Assembly (NCBI GenBank): GCA_029558955.1
Contig: JAKQCW010000124.1
Location: 598 to 64,597 of the forward strand
Reading direction: 5' to 3'
DNA length: 64,000 nucleotides
Source: Chloroflexota bacterium
Lineage (GTDB): Bacteria > Chloroflexota > Anaerolineae > JAAEKA01
Shown here piece by piece: positions 53,543-63,196 of this stretch; position 1 is the first letter of the stretch; the number at the start of each line of letters is the position of its first letter. Position numbers and translations under genes: made by a program. Under the pieces are notes generated by a model. The model saw only the letters and a list, made by a program, of their open reading frames with translations, was not told the origin of the DNA and searched no databases.

Positions 53543-54460
53543 ATGAAACCATTCTGGATCACCGGCCTGGTGCCGGCAACCTTCACCCCGATGCATGACG
53601 ACGGCAGCTTGAACCTGGCCCCGGTTGGTCCGACGGTGGACCGGCTGGTGCAGCAGGGGGTCAGCGCCATCTTCACCTGCGGCAGCACCGGCGAGATGGC
53701 CTCCCTGACCACCGCCGAACGCCAGGCGACGTTGGAGGCCTTCGTCACGGCCGCGGCCGGCCGCCTGCCGGTCATCGCCCACGTGGGGCACACCTCCCTG
53801 GCCGACGCGCGCGCCCTGGCCAGCCACGCCCAACAGGTGGGCGCGGCCGCCATCGCCGCCCTGCCCCCCTTCTACGTCAAGCCGGGCTCGGTCAAGGTGC
53901 TGGTGGACTGCATGGCTGAGATCGCCAGCGCCGCGCCCGAGCTGCCCTTCTACTACTACCACATCCCCGGCCTGACCGGCGTCAACCTGGACATGGTGGA
54001 GTTCCTGCGCCAGGGCAGCCAGCACATCCCCACCCTGGCCGGCATCAAGTACAGCTCGCCCACCCTCTACGAGCTGCAGGCCTGCGTTGCCTTTGACGGC
54101 GGCCGCTTCAACATCCTCTTCGGCGTCGATGAGATGCTGCTGAGCGGGCTGGCGGCCGGCGCGCACGGCGCCGTGGGCAGCACCTTCAACTTCGCCGCGC
54201 CCCTCTACCAGGAGATCATGGCCGCGTTTGCGGCCGGCGACCTGGCCACAGCCCAGCGTTTGCAGCTCCTGTCGGCGCAGATGGTGCTCAAGGTGGTGGG
54301 CAGCTATCGCCCGCTGCCTGGCCTGAAGGCGATCCTGGGCTTCGCCGGTCCCTCGTATGGCCCCGCCCGCCTGCCGCAGGTGGCGCTGTCGCCGGCCGAG
54401 ATCGACTCCCTGCGCGCCGACATGGCCGAGCTGGGCTTTCTGGAGTGGGTGCAGCGATGA
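53543..54460 (+). CDS. DapA-family (DHDPS/N-acetylneuraminate lyase-like) class I aldolase.
   Basis: GTTGE…Y...P Schiff-base lysine region (IKYSSP). The genomic context suggests NanA/NanL. Confidence 0.75.
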   Translation: MKPFWITGLVPATFTPMHDDGSLNLAPVGPTVDRLVQQGVSAIFTCGSTGEMASLTTAERQATLEAFVTAAAGRLPVIAHVGHTSLADARALASHAQQVGAAAIAALPPFYVKPGSVKVLVDCMAEIASAAPELPFYYYHIPGLTGVNLDMVEFLRQGSQHIPTLAGIKYSSPTLYELQACVAFDGGRFNILFGVDEMLLSGLAAGAHGAVGSTFNFAAPLYQEIMAAFAAGDLATAQRLQLLSAQMVLKVVGSYRPLPGLKAILGFAGPSYGPARLPQVALSPAEIDSLRADMAELGFLEWVQR

Positions 54461-55671
54461 ACGGCCCCGACGCCCCCCTGCTGACCCCTGAACGCGCCGG
54501 CCAGCTTCTGGCCACCTACCGCGATGGCCTGCTGAAGAGCACCCTGCCCTTCTGGTTCCCGCGCAGCATCGATCAGGAGCAGGGCGGCTTCATGTTCAGC
54601 CGCGACCGGGACGGCTCGTTGCTGGACAGCGACAAGGCCATCTGGCTGCAAGGGCGGGCCAGTTGGCTGTTGGCCACCCTCTACAGCGAGGTGGAGCCGC
54701 GGCCGGAGTGGCTGGCCTGGTCACGCCACGGCATCGACTTTCTGCGCCAGCACGGCTTTGACGACGACGGCCGCATGTTCTTCCTGGTGGACCGCGCCGG
54801 CCAGCCGCTGCGCAAGCGCCGCTATATCTTCAGCGAGACGTTCATGATCGCCGCGCTGGCGGCCTATGGCCGCGCGGCCCGCGATGGCGACGCCGTGCAG
54901 GACGCCGTGGACCTCTACCAGCGGGTGCTGCGCCATCTGCAAACGCCCGGCGTGCTGCCTCCCAAGTGGAACACCACAACCCGGCCCATGCGCGGCCTGG
55001 CGATCCCCATGATCATGATCGTCACGGCGCAGATTCTGCGCCAGACCGGCGCGGAAGTGGCCTTCTGCAACCACTGGATCGACCACTACATCGACGAGAT
55101 CCGCCGCTACCACATGCACCCGGAGCTGCAGACCGTGCTGGAGACCACCGGCCCCAACGGCGAGCTGCTGGATCACTTCGACGGTCGCACCCTCAACCCC
55201 GGCCACGCCATCGAGGCCTCCTGGTTCATCATGCAGGAGGCGCGCGAACGGGGCAACGACCCGGCGCTGCTCCAGACCGGGCTGACCATCCTGGACTGGA
55301 TGTGGGCCCGCGGCTGGGACCCGGAGCATGGCGGCATCACCTACTTCGTGGACGTGCATGGCCGGCCGGTGCAGGAATACTGGCACGACATGAAGTTCTG
55401 GTGGCCGCAGAACGAGGCCATCATCGCCACGCTGATGGCCTATCGCCTGACCGGCGACGAGAAATACGCCCGCTGGCACGGCCTGATCCACGATTGGACC
55501 TACGCCCGCTTCCCCGACCCGGAGCACGGCGAATGGTTCGGCTATCTGCACCGCGATGGCCGGCTGTCGTCCAGCCTCAAGGGCAACACCTACAAGGGCG
55601 CATTCCACGTCCCGCGCATGGAGCTCATCTGCTGGCAACTGATGGAGGAGCTCAGCTCAGGCCAATCGTGA
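54457..55671 (+). CDS. N-acylglucosamine 2-epimerase (AGE / renin-binding-protein family).
   Basis: (alpha/alpha)6-barrel AGE-like motifs. ATG at 54457 overlaps the upstream stop (ATGA). Confidence 0.75.
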   Translation: MNGPDAPLLTPERAGQLLATYRDGLLKSTLPFWFPRSIDQEQGGFMFSRDRDGSLLDSDKAIWLQGRASWLLATLYSEVEPRPEWLAWSRHGIDFLRQHGFDDDGRMFFLVDRAGQPLRKRRYIFSETFMIAALAAYGRAARDGDAVQDAVDLYQRVLRHLQTPGVLPPKWNTTTRPMRGLAIPMIMIVTAQILRQTGAEVAFCNHWIDHYIDEIRRYHMHPELQTVLETTGPNGELLDHFDGRTLNPGHAIEASWFIMQEARERGNDPALLQTGLTILDWMWARGWDPEHGGITYFVDVHGRPVQEYWHDMKFWWPQNEAIIATLMAYRLTGDEKYARWHGLIHDWTYARFPDPEHGEWFGYLHRDGRLSSSLKGNTYKGAFHVPRMELICWQLMEELSSGQS

Positions 55672-55705
55672 ACCCCGCCCCGGACGCCTGAAAAACCAGG
55701 CCTAC

Positions 55706-55755
55706 CGCCCACCGTTCACCGTTAACTGTTCACCGTTCACCATTCACCCATCACC
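55706..55755 (+). repeat. Six to seven tandem 7-mers (caccgtt / cactgtt / caccatt) directly upstream of the ROK kinase gene.
   Basis: ccaccgttcaccgttaactgttcaccgttcaccattcacccatcacc. Confidence 0.75.
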
Positions 55756-55769
55756 AACCGCGCGTCGTC

Positions 55770-56738
55770 ATGAACCAATCACTGGCTATCGGCATCGACC
55801 TGGGCGGAACCAAGATCGCCGGCGCGCTGGCCAGCCGCCAAGGCGAGGTCCTGGCCGCGTCCCGCCGACCGACGGAAGCGGGGCGCGGGCCAGAAGCCGT
55901 GTTGGACAGCCTGGCCGACAGCATCGCCGGGCTGCTGGCCCAGGCCGGCGGCCCGGTGGCAGGCGTCGGCATCGGCTGCCCCGGCTTGATCGACCCGGTC
56001 GGCGGGATGGTGCTCAAGGCCACCAACCTCGGCTGGCAGCGCCTGCCGCTGCTGGCCGGGTTGCGCGCCCGGCTGGGCGACGCGCCGCCGCTCTTCTTGC
56101 AGCGCGACACGGTGGCCGGCCTGCTGGGCGAGGTCGCCTTCGGCGCCGGCCAGGGGTGTCACGATCTGGTCTACCTGGCTCTGGGCACGGGCATCGGCAG
56201 CGCCAGCCTGGTCAACGGCCAGCCGGTGGTGGGGCGCACCTTCTCCGCTTCCGAGATCGGCCACCTGGTGATCGACCCGACCGGCCGGCCGTGGAACGAC
56301 GGGCTGTCCGGCTCGGCCGAATCGTTGCTCTCCGGCACCGGCGTGCTGGCCGAGACGCGGGAGCATCTCGCACAGGCAATTCACCCCACCCGCCTGACCG
56401 ACACCGCCGAACTAAGCGCGATCGACGTGGTCCAGGCCGCGCGCGAGGGGGACAAGCTGGCGTTGGCCGTGATGGACAAGGTGGCCAACTGGTTGGCGCG
56501 CGTCATTGCCATGCACACCATCATCCTCAACCCAGAGCGCATCATCATCGGCGGCGGCTTTGGCCAGGCTGTTTTCGACATGCTGTTGTTGCCCATCTGG
56601 CGCGAGCTGGACCAGTGGGCGCTCAAGGAAGCGCATCAGCAGTTGCAGATCGTGCCGTCGCGCCTGGCTTCCAGCGCCCTGGGCGCATCCTGTTTGGTGT
56701 GGTATCATGCCGACAGGGGCGCAGAGAAAATCTCGTAA
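55770..56738 (+). CDS. ROK-family sugar kinase (glucokinase / N-acetylhexosamine kinase-like, no HTH).
   Basis: IGIDLGGTKIAGAL ATP-binding motif and the ROK Cys/His zinc motif region. Confidence 0.8.
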   Translation: MNQSLAIGIDLGGTKIAGALASRQGEVLAASRRPTEAGRGPEAVLDSLADSIAGLLAQAGGPVAGVGIGCPGLIDPVGGMVLKATNLGWQRLPLLAGLRARLGDAPPLFLQRDTVAGLLGEVAFGAGQGCHDLVYLALGTGIGSASLVNGQPVVGRTFSASEIGHLVIDPTGRPWNDGLSGSAESLLSGTGVLAETREHLAQAIHPTRLTDTAELSAIDVVQAAREGDKLALAVMDKVANWLARVIAMHTIILNPERIIIGGGFGQAVFDMLLLPIWRELDQWALKEAHQQLQIVPSRLASSALGASCLVWYHADRGAEKIS

Positions 56739-56753
56739 AAAGGACCTCGCATC

Positions 56754-58157
56754 GTGTCAAGTTCACCCACTCTCATCAAACCCAATTTCGTTCCCCCGCT
56801 GGACCCTGATTTTCGACCGGCGGTGCTGGCCAATCGGGCCCTTCGGCAGGCGGCCAGCGAGGCCGGCGCGGCTGTGCCGCTGGTGATTGCCCTGGAGCGC
56901 TCCGACGGCGCGGTCTCGCGCTTCGAGACCACCGCCTTTGCCGCTGATCACCCTAACGCGGCCGCCAATCTGGACTACGCCGAGCGCCTGGTCAAGTTTC
57001 TGCTCTGGGCGCGGGGCGGCTGGAAGGTGAGCATCGACGGGCCGGCCGGCATCGCCGAGCACATCCGCCAGGTCTACGCGCCCGACGGGCCGCGCGCCTT
57101 CGACTATCATTTCATGGGCGAGAACGTCTACCAGCAGCCCTTCACCGTGGTTTCCTGCGAAGCCGGCCAGGCGCCGGCCGCCCGCGAGGCCGGGCAGGCG
57201 CTGGGCCGTCACCTGGACGGCTGCCGCATCGGCTTCGACCTGGGCGCGTCCGACCTGAAGGTGTCGGCGGTGATCGACGGCGAGCCGATCTGGAGCGACG
57301 AGATTGTCTGGGAGCCGGTGGAACAGACTGACCCGGCCTATCATTACGAGCGGATCACGACCGCGCTGCGGCTGGCGCAGAGCAAGCTGCCGCGGCTGGA
57401 CGCCATCGGCGGCAGCTCGGCCGGCGTCTACGTGGACAACCGGCCCATGGTGGCCTCCCTCTTCCGCGGCATCCCGGCCGAACGCTACGACGCCATCCGC
57501 GGCATGTTCCTGCGCATCCGCGAGGAGTTCGGCGTGCCGCTGGAGGTGATCAACGACGGCGATGTGACCGCGCTGGCCGGCGCGATGTCGCTGGAGGATG
57601 ACGGCGTGCTGGGCATTGCGCTGGGCAGCAGCCAGGCCGTGGGCTACGTCAACCTGCACGGCGCGGTCACCGGCTGGCTGAACGAGCTGGCCTTCGCGCC
57701 GGTGGACTACAGCCCCGGCGCGGCCGTGGACGAGTGGTCGGGCGACCGCGGCGTCGGCTCGCAGTACTTCTCGCAGCAGTGCGTCTTCCGCCTCGCGCCG
57801 CAGGTCGGCATCACCCTGCCCGACGGCCCCGCCGTCACCAAGGCGGAGAAGCTGAAGCACGTCCAGGGCTACCTGGAGGCGGGCCACGAGGGCGCGGTGC
57901 AGATCTGGCAGAGCATCGGCGTCTACCTGGGCTACAGCCTGGCGCACTACGCCGAGTTCTACGACCTCAAGCATGTGCTGATCCTGGGCCGCGTCACCAG
58001 CGGCAGCGGCGGCCAGTTGATCCTGGACGGCGCACACGCGGTGTTGGCTGCCGAGTTCCCCGAGCTGGCCGGCCGCGTCCACATCCAACTGCCCGACGAG
58101 AAAAGCCGCCGCGTGGGTCAATCCATCGCCGCGGCCAGTTTGCCGGCGCTGCGGTGA
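56754..58157 (+). CDS. ASKHA-superfamily (ROK/BadF-like) sugar-kinase-like protein with a ~150-aa N-terminal extension of unknown function.
   Basis: CRIGFDLGASDLKVSAV phosphate-1 motif begins around residue 170. GTG start. Confidence 0.55.
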   Translation: MSSSPTLIKPNFVPPLDPDFRPAVLANRALRQAASEAGAAVPLVIALERSDGAVSRFETTAFAADHPNAAANLDYAERLVKFLLWARGGWKVSIDGPAGIAEHIRQVYAPDGPRAFDYHFMGENVYQQPFTVVSCEAGQAPAAREAGQALGRHLDGCRIGFDLGASDLKVSAVIDGEPIWSDEIVWEPVEQTDPAYHYERITTALRLAQSKLPRLDAIGGSSAGVYVDNRPMVASLFRGIPAERYDAIRGMFLRIREEFGVPLEVINDGDVTALAGAMSLEDDGVLGIALGSSQAVGYVNLHGAVTGWLNELAFAPVDYSPGAAVDEWSGDRGVGSQYFSQQCVFRLAPQVGITLPDGPAVTKAEKLKHVQGYLEAGHEGAVQIWQSIGVYLGYSLAHYAEFYDLKHVLILGRVTSGSGGQLILDGAHAVLAAEFPELAGRVHIQLPDEKSRRVGQSIAAASLPALR

Positions 58158-58329
58158 GACCGAGGGATTGGAAATCCCTGGCTGAAAGGACGAAGCGCCC
58201 TCAGGCGCTGCGGAGCGGAACTGGTCGGTTGAAAGGACGAAGCGCCCGCATGCGCCAGATTCCGGGTCTGCCAGGCCCTGAGGGGCCTTCGTGTGGTCAG
58301 ACGGTGAATTCCATTCGCTGCTTCTTGAT

Positions 58330-58358
58330 TGACCTGCGTAACGCACCATGTTACAATC
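58330..58358 (+). promoter_or_regulatory. Strong sigma70-like promoter (TTGACC, 17 bp, TACAAT) for the toxin-antitoxin operon.
   Basis: ttgacctgcgtaacgcaccatgttacaat. Confidence 0.45.
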
Positions 58359-58493
58359 GCTTGAGCATGCTTGTCGAAGGATGGACTTCCCTGGCTCTAA
58401 TGGCTACATACCTTTTCTCGGAGGAAAACAGATCTTGTTTGCCATCTTGAGCTTCATGACATCGTGATTCGTAGGCAAGAACCGGAGTATTTG

Positions 58494-58745
58494 ATGACCA
58501 CTCGACAAATTGTTCTCGAAATCCCAGAGAAGGTCCTCTTGGCAGAAAAGACCGACGAGACATCCTTTGCACGTGAGCTACGGATGCTGGCGGCAGTCAA
58601 GCTTTTTGAGATGGGGCGGTTGTCTTCCGGTCGCGCGGCTGAGTTGGCAGGTATGCCTCGGGTGGAGTTCCTGCTAAGCCTGGAACGCTACAAGGTGTTT
58701 CCATTGCAGTCCGAGTTGATTGATTTGGAAAGCCGCCATGCCTAA
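58494..58745 (+). CDS. UPF0175-family antitoxin.
   Basis: 83 aa. The pattern …FARELRMLAAVKLFEMGRLSSGRAAELAGMPRVEFL… is characteristic. A GGAG ribosome-binding site is present. Confidence 0.7.
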   Translation: MTTRQIVLEIPEKVLLAEKTDETSFARELRMLAAVKLFEMGRLSSGRAAELAGMPRVEFLLSLERYKVFPLQSELIDLESRHA

Positions 58746-59226
58746 TGCTATCAGCAACACCTCGCCGTTGCTCTATCTTTACCGGATCGGTGGTCTGGAT
58801 TGGCTTCCAGCTCTGTTTGGAGAAGTATGGGTACCTGCATCGGTCTTGGGTGAGCTGAAGCAAGGGCAGAGGAAGGGCTATGATGTGCCCGATCTCGGTC
58901 GGCATAGTTGGGTGCACGTAAGGAACCCTCGAGCTATGCCTTCTGAATGGTTGGCGCTGGACTTGGGACCAGGTGAACTGGCTGCCATGGCCTTAGCGCT
59001 TGAGAATCCGGATATGATAGTCCTGCTGGACGACCAACTTGCTCGCCATACCGCGCAGGCGGCTGGTCTGTCAGTCTGGGGAACTTTGCGAGTCCTGCTG
59101 GAGGCCAAGTCATTCGGTCTGATTACCAAGGTTGAGCCGTACGTCAACCGTTTGGGTGAAAGCGGAATGTGGCTCTCCAATGATATCCGCCAACGTGTGC
59201 TGAAATTGGCGGAAGAGGGCGCATGA
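58738..59226 (+). CDS. DUF3368-family PIN-like toxin.
   Basis: MPNAISNTSPLLYLYRIGGLDWL…  Its start overlaps the antitoxin stop by 8 nt. Confidence 0.7.
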   Translation: MPNAISNTSPLLYLYRIGGLDWLPALFGEVWVPASVLGELKQGQRKGYDVPDLGRHSWVHVRNPRAMPSEWLALDLGPGELAAMALALENPDMIVLLDDQLARHTAQAAGLSVWGTLRVLLEAKSFGLITKVEPYVNRLGESGMWLSNDIRQRVLKLAEEGA

Positions 59227-59334
59227 GGATTGATCTGATGTTGAGACCGGAGTCAAGCGCCAGCAATCTGGTGTACGAGCTAATCGGTACTCTCCAAGTT
59301 CGAGTTGGTTATTCGCTAGTGTGAGAAAAAAACC

Positions 59335-60486
<1,152 letters not shown>

Positions 60487-60489
60487 GCA

Positions 60490-60568
60490 AGGACTGACAG
60501 TGCTGCTTGGCCGACAGCCAAGTTTCAGCGCGACGGCCTGTCCTCGACATGACCAGCACTGTCAGTCC
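60490..60568. repeat. Inverted repeat with 16-bp arms (aggactgacagtgctg … cagcactgtcagtcct), related to repeat family B, between nagA and the SIS gene.
   Basis: Read from the sequence. The spacer is 47 nt. Confidence 0.8.
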
Positions 60569-60590
60569 TGAACCCAGACGAGAGAAAGAC

Positions 60591-61640
60591 ATGATCGACC
60601 TGACAACCACCAACCTGTATCGAGAGATCCACGAGCAGCCCACCGTGCTGGCGCGGCTGCTGGCGGATGAGCGTGAAGCGGCCGCGGCGCTGGCTGCCGA
60701 GATTCGGCGGCGCGGCGTGGACCACGTGGTGATCGCGGCGCGCGGCACCAGCGACAACGCGGCCCGCTATGCCCAGTATCTGCTGGGCGCGCACAATGGC
60801 CTGCCGGTGGGGCTGGCCGCGCCCAGCCTGTTCAGCATCTACCAGCAGCCGCCGCGCTTCGGCAACGCGCTGGTGTTGGGCATCAGCCAGAGCGGCAAGA
60901 GCCCCGACATCGTCTCGGTGCTGGCGGAGGCGCAGCGCCAGGGCGCGCTGACCGCGGCCATCACCAACTTCCCGCAGTCCGACCTGGGCCGGGCGTCCGA
61001 TTTCGTGCTGAACCTGCACGCCGGCGAGGAGAAGTCGGTGGCCGCCACCAAGACCTACACCACCTCGCTGACGGCTATTGCCCTGCTCAGCGCCACGCTC
61101 AGCGGCGACGCAGCGCTGCTGGCCGCGCTGGATCAGATTCCCGCCGTGGCGGCCCAAGCGCTGGCGCTGCCCGGCATCGACCGCGTGGCCGAACGCTATC
61201 GCTACATGAGCGCCTGCATCGCCATCGGCCGCGGCTTCAACTACTGCACCGCCTTCGAGCTGGCCCTCAAGCTCAAGGAGCTGACCTACACCGTGGTGGA
61301 GCCGTACAGCAGCGCCGACTTCCTGCACGGCCCGCTGGCGCTGCTCAGCGACGGCTTCCCCATGGTGGTGGTCGCACCGTCGGGCAGGATGCTGCCGGAG
61401 ATCAAGAGCTTCATGGCCACGGCCAAGGAGCGCGCGGCCGAGCTGGTGGTGATCAGCGACGACGTCGAGGCGTTGAGCATGGCGCGCGTGCCGCTGGCCC
61501 TGCCGGCCGGCGTGCCGGAGTGGCTCTCCCCCATCGCCGCCATCCTGCCCGGCCAGCTCTTCGCCATGAACCTGGCCCACACGCGCGACTACGATCCCGA
61601 CCAGCCGCGCGCGCTGAGGAAGGTCACGGAAACGTTGTAG
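60591..61640 (+). CDS. Two-SIS-domain sugar-phosphate isomerase/deaminase (AgaS/NagB-II-like glucosamine-6-phosphate deaminase).
   Basis: [16 protein letters not shown] and [12 protein letters not shown] motifs. The ATG at 60591 was chosen. Confidence 0.7.
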   Translation: MIDLTTTNLYREIHEQPTVLARLLADEREAAAALAAEIRRRGVDHVVIAARGTSDNAARYAQYLLGAHNGLPVGLAAPSLFSIYQQPPRFGNALVLGISQSGKSPDIVSVLAEAQRQGALTAAITNFPQSDLGRASDFVLNLHAGEEKSVAATKTYTTSLTAIALLSATLSGDAALLAALDQIPAVAAQALALPGIDRVAERYRYMSACIAIGRGFNYCTAFELALKLKELTYTVVEPYSSADFLHGPLALLSDGFPMVVVAPSGRMLPEIKSFMATAKERAAELVVISDDVEALSMARVPLALPAGVPEWLSPIAAILPGQLFAMNLAHTRDYDPDQPRALRKVTETL

Positions 61641-61751
61641 GTGAGGGGGAAAACGAAGGAAAGGCAGGATTGGCTGCACGAGGTCCGCACAGGGCGCGTT
61701 CATAGCTTTTGCGCAACTACCCGGCGGGCCAAACGTTGGTTTCGACACTTG

Positions 61752-61785
61752 CACCTGCGCTGCGCTTCGGCGCAAGCGCAGGTGT
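61752..61785. other. Strong GC hairpin (cacctgcgctgcgc-ttcg-gcgcaagcgcaggtg) between convergent genes. It is flanked by an outer inverted repeat ggccaaacgttg (61728…61850).
   Basis: Read from the sequence. There are no T-runs, so it is a terminator-like or structured element. Confidence 0.5.
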
Positions 61786-61872
61786 ACGCCTCAGAAGGCT
61801 ACTCAACCCTTGGATCGAGTAGGCTGTCGTAACGAGATCAACGTTTGGCCTGCCGGCTGAATAGTCACGCTT

Positions 61873-62505
61873 TTACGCCGAATACGCCTCGGCCTCCTCC
61901 TTGACCACCGTCAACTTCGGCGCTGGCTGGGTGTCATCGAACTCCACCCGGTCGTAGACATCTGCCAGGGAAAGCTGGCACTGGATCGACTCGATGGGCA
62001 TCACCGCATCCAGGCCGATGCTCTCGGTCAGCAGCCAGCCGCTGTCGGCCTGGCGCACATAGCGCTCGATGCGCGGCTTGTCCTGGCTGATGAGAAGGTA
62101 GTCGGTCAGCATGTCCAGGGTGCGGTACTGGGCGAACTTCTCCCCGCGGTCGTAGGCCTCGGTGGATTTGGAGAGGATCTCGACGATAACCGTGGGATTG
62201 AGCAAAGTGTCCAGCTCTTTGTCCTCGAAGCGCGGCCGGCCGCAGACGACGCTGGCGTCAGGATAGGTGTACAACCCGGTGGGACTGATCTTGACCCGCA
62301 TGTCGCCGTTGAACAGTTCACAACGCTGGCCTTTGAGTTGGTTGTCCAACAATGTCATCACATTGACTGATATCCTGACATGCTGCCGGCTGGCTCCGGC
62401 CATCGCGAAAAGCTCGCCTCTGAAATACTCATGCTTGACATCGCTTTGTCGCTCGAACGCCAAAGACTCGGCCGGCGTCAGGTAGATTTTCGGTATCGCA
62501 CTCAT
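61873..62505 (-). CDS. Uma2-family (DUF820) putative endonuclease.
   Basis: IPKIYLTPAESLAFERQSDVKHEYFRGELFAM… matches the Uma2 pattern. An AAGGAG ribosome-binding site precedes the ATG at 62505. Confidence 0.7.
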   Translation of the reverse strand: MSAIPKIYLTPAESLAFERQSDVKHEYFRGELFAMAGASRQHVRISVNVMTLLDNQLKGQRCELFNGDMRVKISPTGLYTYPDASVVCGRPRFEDKELDTLLNPTVIVEILSKSTEAYDRGEKFAQYRTLDMLTDYLLISQDKPRIERYVRQADSGWLLTESIGLDAVMPIESIQCQLSLADVYDRVEFDDTQPAPKLTVVKEEAEAYSA

Positions 62506-62742
62506 CGCTTGCTCCTTGCCGTTCTTCCCATGCTGTTGGCCGCGCCCGCCAGGAAGGGCGTCACCAGACCGCGTCGCAAGCCGGGCTGGTCGGCTCTGTT
62601 CCTGCCGGGCGGTATGGTAGCACATCTTCACCGGTTAGGCCACTTCGTATGGACCCTACAGCAATTGCAAATAGGGCGCGGAACCGATGACTACTTGCAG
62701 CGAACGATACCATCGGTTACAATCGATCACAGCAACAGGTAA

Positions 62743-62805
62743 CGCAGCCGGCCAATACGCGAGCTGCGCGGGTTCCTGCGCGGGATAGACACCACGGTTG
62801 AATGA
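62743..62805 (+). pseudogene. Possible remnant of a VapB-type antitoxin C-terminus (…IRELRGFLRGIDTTVE*).
   Basis: Only ~20 codons are open after an upstream TAA. The RG..GIDT motif resembles the toxin-binding tail of AbrB-type VapB. Confidence 0.2.
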
Positions 62806-62819
62806 GAGTCCGATCGCGT

Positions 62820-63195
62820 ATGAACGTCGTCGACTCTTCAGGATGGTTGGAATACTTCGCCGACGGCGCCAATGCCGGGTTCTTCGCTCCGGCGATCGAC
62901 GATGCCGATACGTTGTTGACGCCCTCCATCAGTATCTCCGAAGTGTTCAAGCGGGTCCCTGACGCAGCGCAGCGAGGATGAGGCCTTGCAGGCCAGCATG
63001 GCGATGCAGCAGGGCCGTGTGATTGATCTGGATACCTCGCTGGCGTTGGAGGCTGCCAGGTTGTCGGCAACGCTCAAGCTGCCGCTGACGGAGAGCATCA
63101 TCCTGGCCACTGCCCGCGCGTTCAGTGCTACCCTCTGGACACAGAATGCCGACTTTCGTGACGTGACCGACGTTCAATTCATCGAGAAGACGTAA
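62820..63195 (+). pseudogene. VapC/PIN-domain toxin gene disrupted by a +1 frameshift in a C-run (62957-62959).
   Basis: The N-part MNVVDSSGWLEYF…ISEVFKRV ends at the TGA at 62979. The C-part continues in another frame (…LTQRSEDEALQ…IILATARAFSATLWTQNADFRDV…). Removing one c restores a ~125-aa PIN protein. Confidence 0.5.
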
Positions 63196-63196
63196 A

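Noticed and set aside
54721-58349. Minus-strand ORFs 54721..55638, 55779..56384 and 56763..58349, antisense to the AGE and ROK genes.
   Set aside because: Same reasoning: the sense strand carries the conserved motifs, and these frames show no motifs.
62380-62742. Plus-strand ORF 62380..62742, first considered as a candidate VapB antitoxin upstream of the vapC pseudogene.
   Set aside because: It overlaps the Uma2 gene on the opposite strand, and its sequence has no AbrB, RHH or Phd-like features. Only the short remnant at 62743..62805 looks VapB-like.
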